NCBI GenBank assembly: GCA_002269645.1
Contig: NIVC01002221.1
Location: forward strand, 124,001 to 188,000
Direction: 5' to 3'
DNA from: Macrostomum lignano
Lineage: Eukaryota
Length of the DNA: 64,000 nt
Position numbers and translations under genes: made by a program. Below the pieces are notes generated by a model. That model was not told the origin of the DNA, did not search any database, and was given only the letters and a program-made list of their open reading frames with translations. Shown here piece by piece: positions 63,501 through 64,000 of this stretch. The stretch's first letter is position 1; the number at the start of each line of letters is the position of its first letter.

Positions 63501-64000
63501 TGTTGTGGGTGCGCGACCATACGTACTTAACTCTGTGTTCAGTTTGCGGCCCGTCGGGCACGTTGATTTGCGAAACGCGTTACGCAATAATCTAACATCC
63601 AATTTTTCTCACAGCGTGCATGTTAATATATAAATACAGGCCGTGGTCCGGCGAAACTCACTAAGTTTTTCTAGCAACCAAACCTACGCGTTCAATACAC
63701 AACATTGGCGACGAAGATGGCAGACCTCAGTCTCAACCCACCAACGCCGTACCTGGCTAGCCCGGGCGAGCCAAGCTGCCCGTGGCCAAGGTGGAAAAGT
63801 CAGTTCGCGATCTATTCAACAGCAACGGAACTGGACAAAACGTCGGAGGCGAGACAAATGGCCGTCCTTCGACACTGCCTCGGGCCGGAAGGCCAACGGC
63901 AGGCGGAAAGCGTGGAGGCGAACGACATGAAGAAGCTGCTCGAAGAACTGGACAAAATTTTCGTGCCGAACAAGAGCGTCATCGGAGCTCGCTACAGGTT
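63501..64000 (+). mobile_element. Ty3/Gypsy LTR retrotransposon, 5' end (204-bp LTR 63501-63704, PBS from 63706), continues beyond the window
   Basis: The LTR is bounded by TGTTGTG...CACAACA (7-bp inverted termini), contains an internal TATATAAATA, and is followed by the PBS TGGCGACGAAG and a gag ORF. Confidence 0.88.
63717..64000 (+). CDS. Gypsy Gag N-terminus (partial, open at the window end)
   Basis: MADLSLNPPTPYLASPGEPSCPWPRWKSQFAIYSTATELDKTSEARQMAVLRHCLGPEGQRQ...LEELDKIFVPNKSVIGARYR has no stop and shows the W..W...F..Y / L.H.LG.EG / F.P pattern typical of invertebrate Gypsy (K02A2.6-like) Gag. It is not in the supplied ORF track. Confidence 0.82.
   Translation, partial: MADLSLNPPTPYLASPGEPSCPWPRWKSQFAIYSTATELDKTSEARQMAVLRHCLGPEGQRQAESVEANDMKKLLEELDKIFVPNKSVIGARYR

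Noticed and set aside
63364-63561. Candidate first exon of the HECT ligase (MPDGPQ..., donor GTACGT)
   Set aside because: It starts at GTG, lies inside the Gypsy LTR, and has no in-frame ATG.

Overview
Eukaryotic (metazoan) genomic DNA with intron-containing genes; no prokaryotic operons, CRISPR arrays, rRNA or intact tRNA genes were seen. The style (GC-rich short exons, minisatellite-filled introns, long (GATA)n tracts) resembles a free-living flatworm such as Macrostomum, but that taxon call is inference only. Genes reconstructed by hand: a partial secreted EGF-repeat protein (minus, runs off the left edge); PDE6D (minus); a large EGF/FN3 receptor protein tyrosine phosphatase whose two PTP domains both look degenerate (minus, 7.7-25.0 kb); an SRCR-SRCR-ZP protein (plus); PDE9A with an extra candidate alternative exon (plus); a class-A GPCR lacking TM7 (plus); and a WWP/ITCH-like C2-WW-WW-HECT ligase with a 1-nt frameshift in the C2 exon (minus). 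Mobile DNA: a complete 3,646-bp P-superfamily (THAP) transposon with perfect 33-bp TIRs and an 8-bp TSD inside an RPTP intron; the 5' LTR, PBS and gag start of a Ty3/Gypsy element at the right edge (absent from the ORF track); several MITEs with recognisable TIRs/TSDs; and tRNA-derived SINE-like copies. Most long ORFs in the supplied track are artefacts of tandem repeats. The strongest candidates for follow-up are the near-intact P element, the double-pseudophosphatase receptor, the candidate alternative PDE9A exon and the MITE-associated minisatellites.
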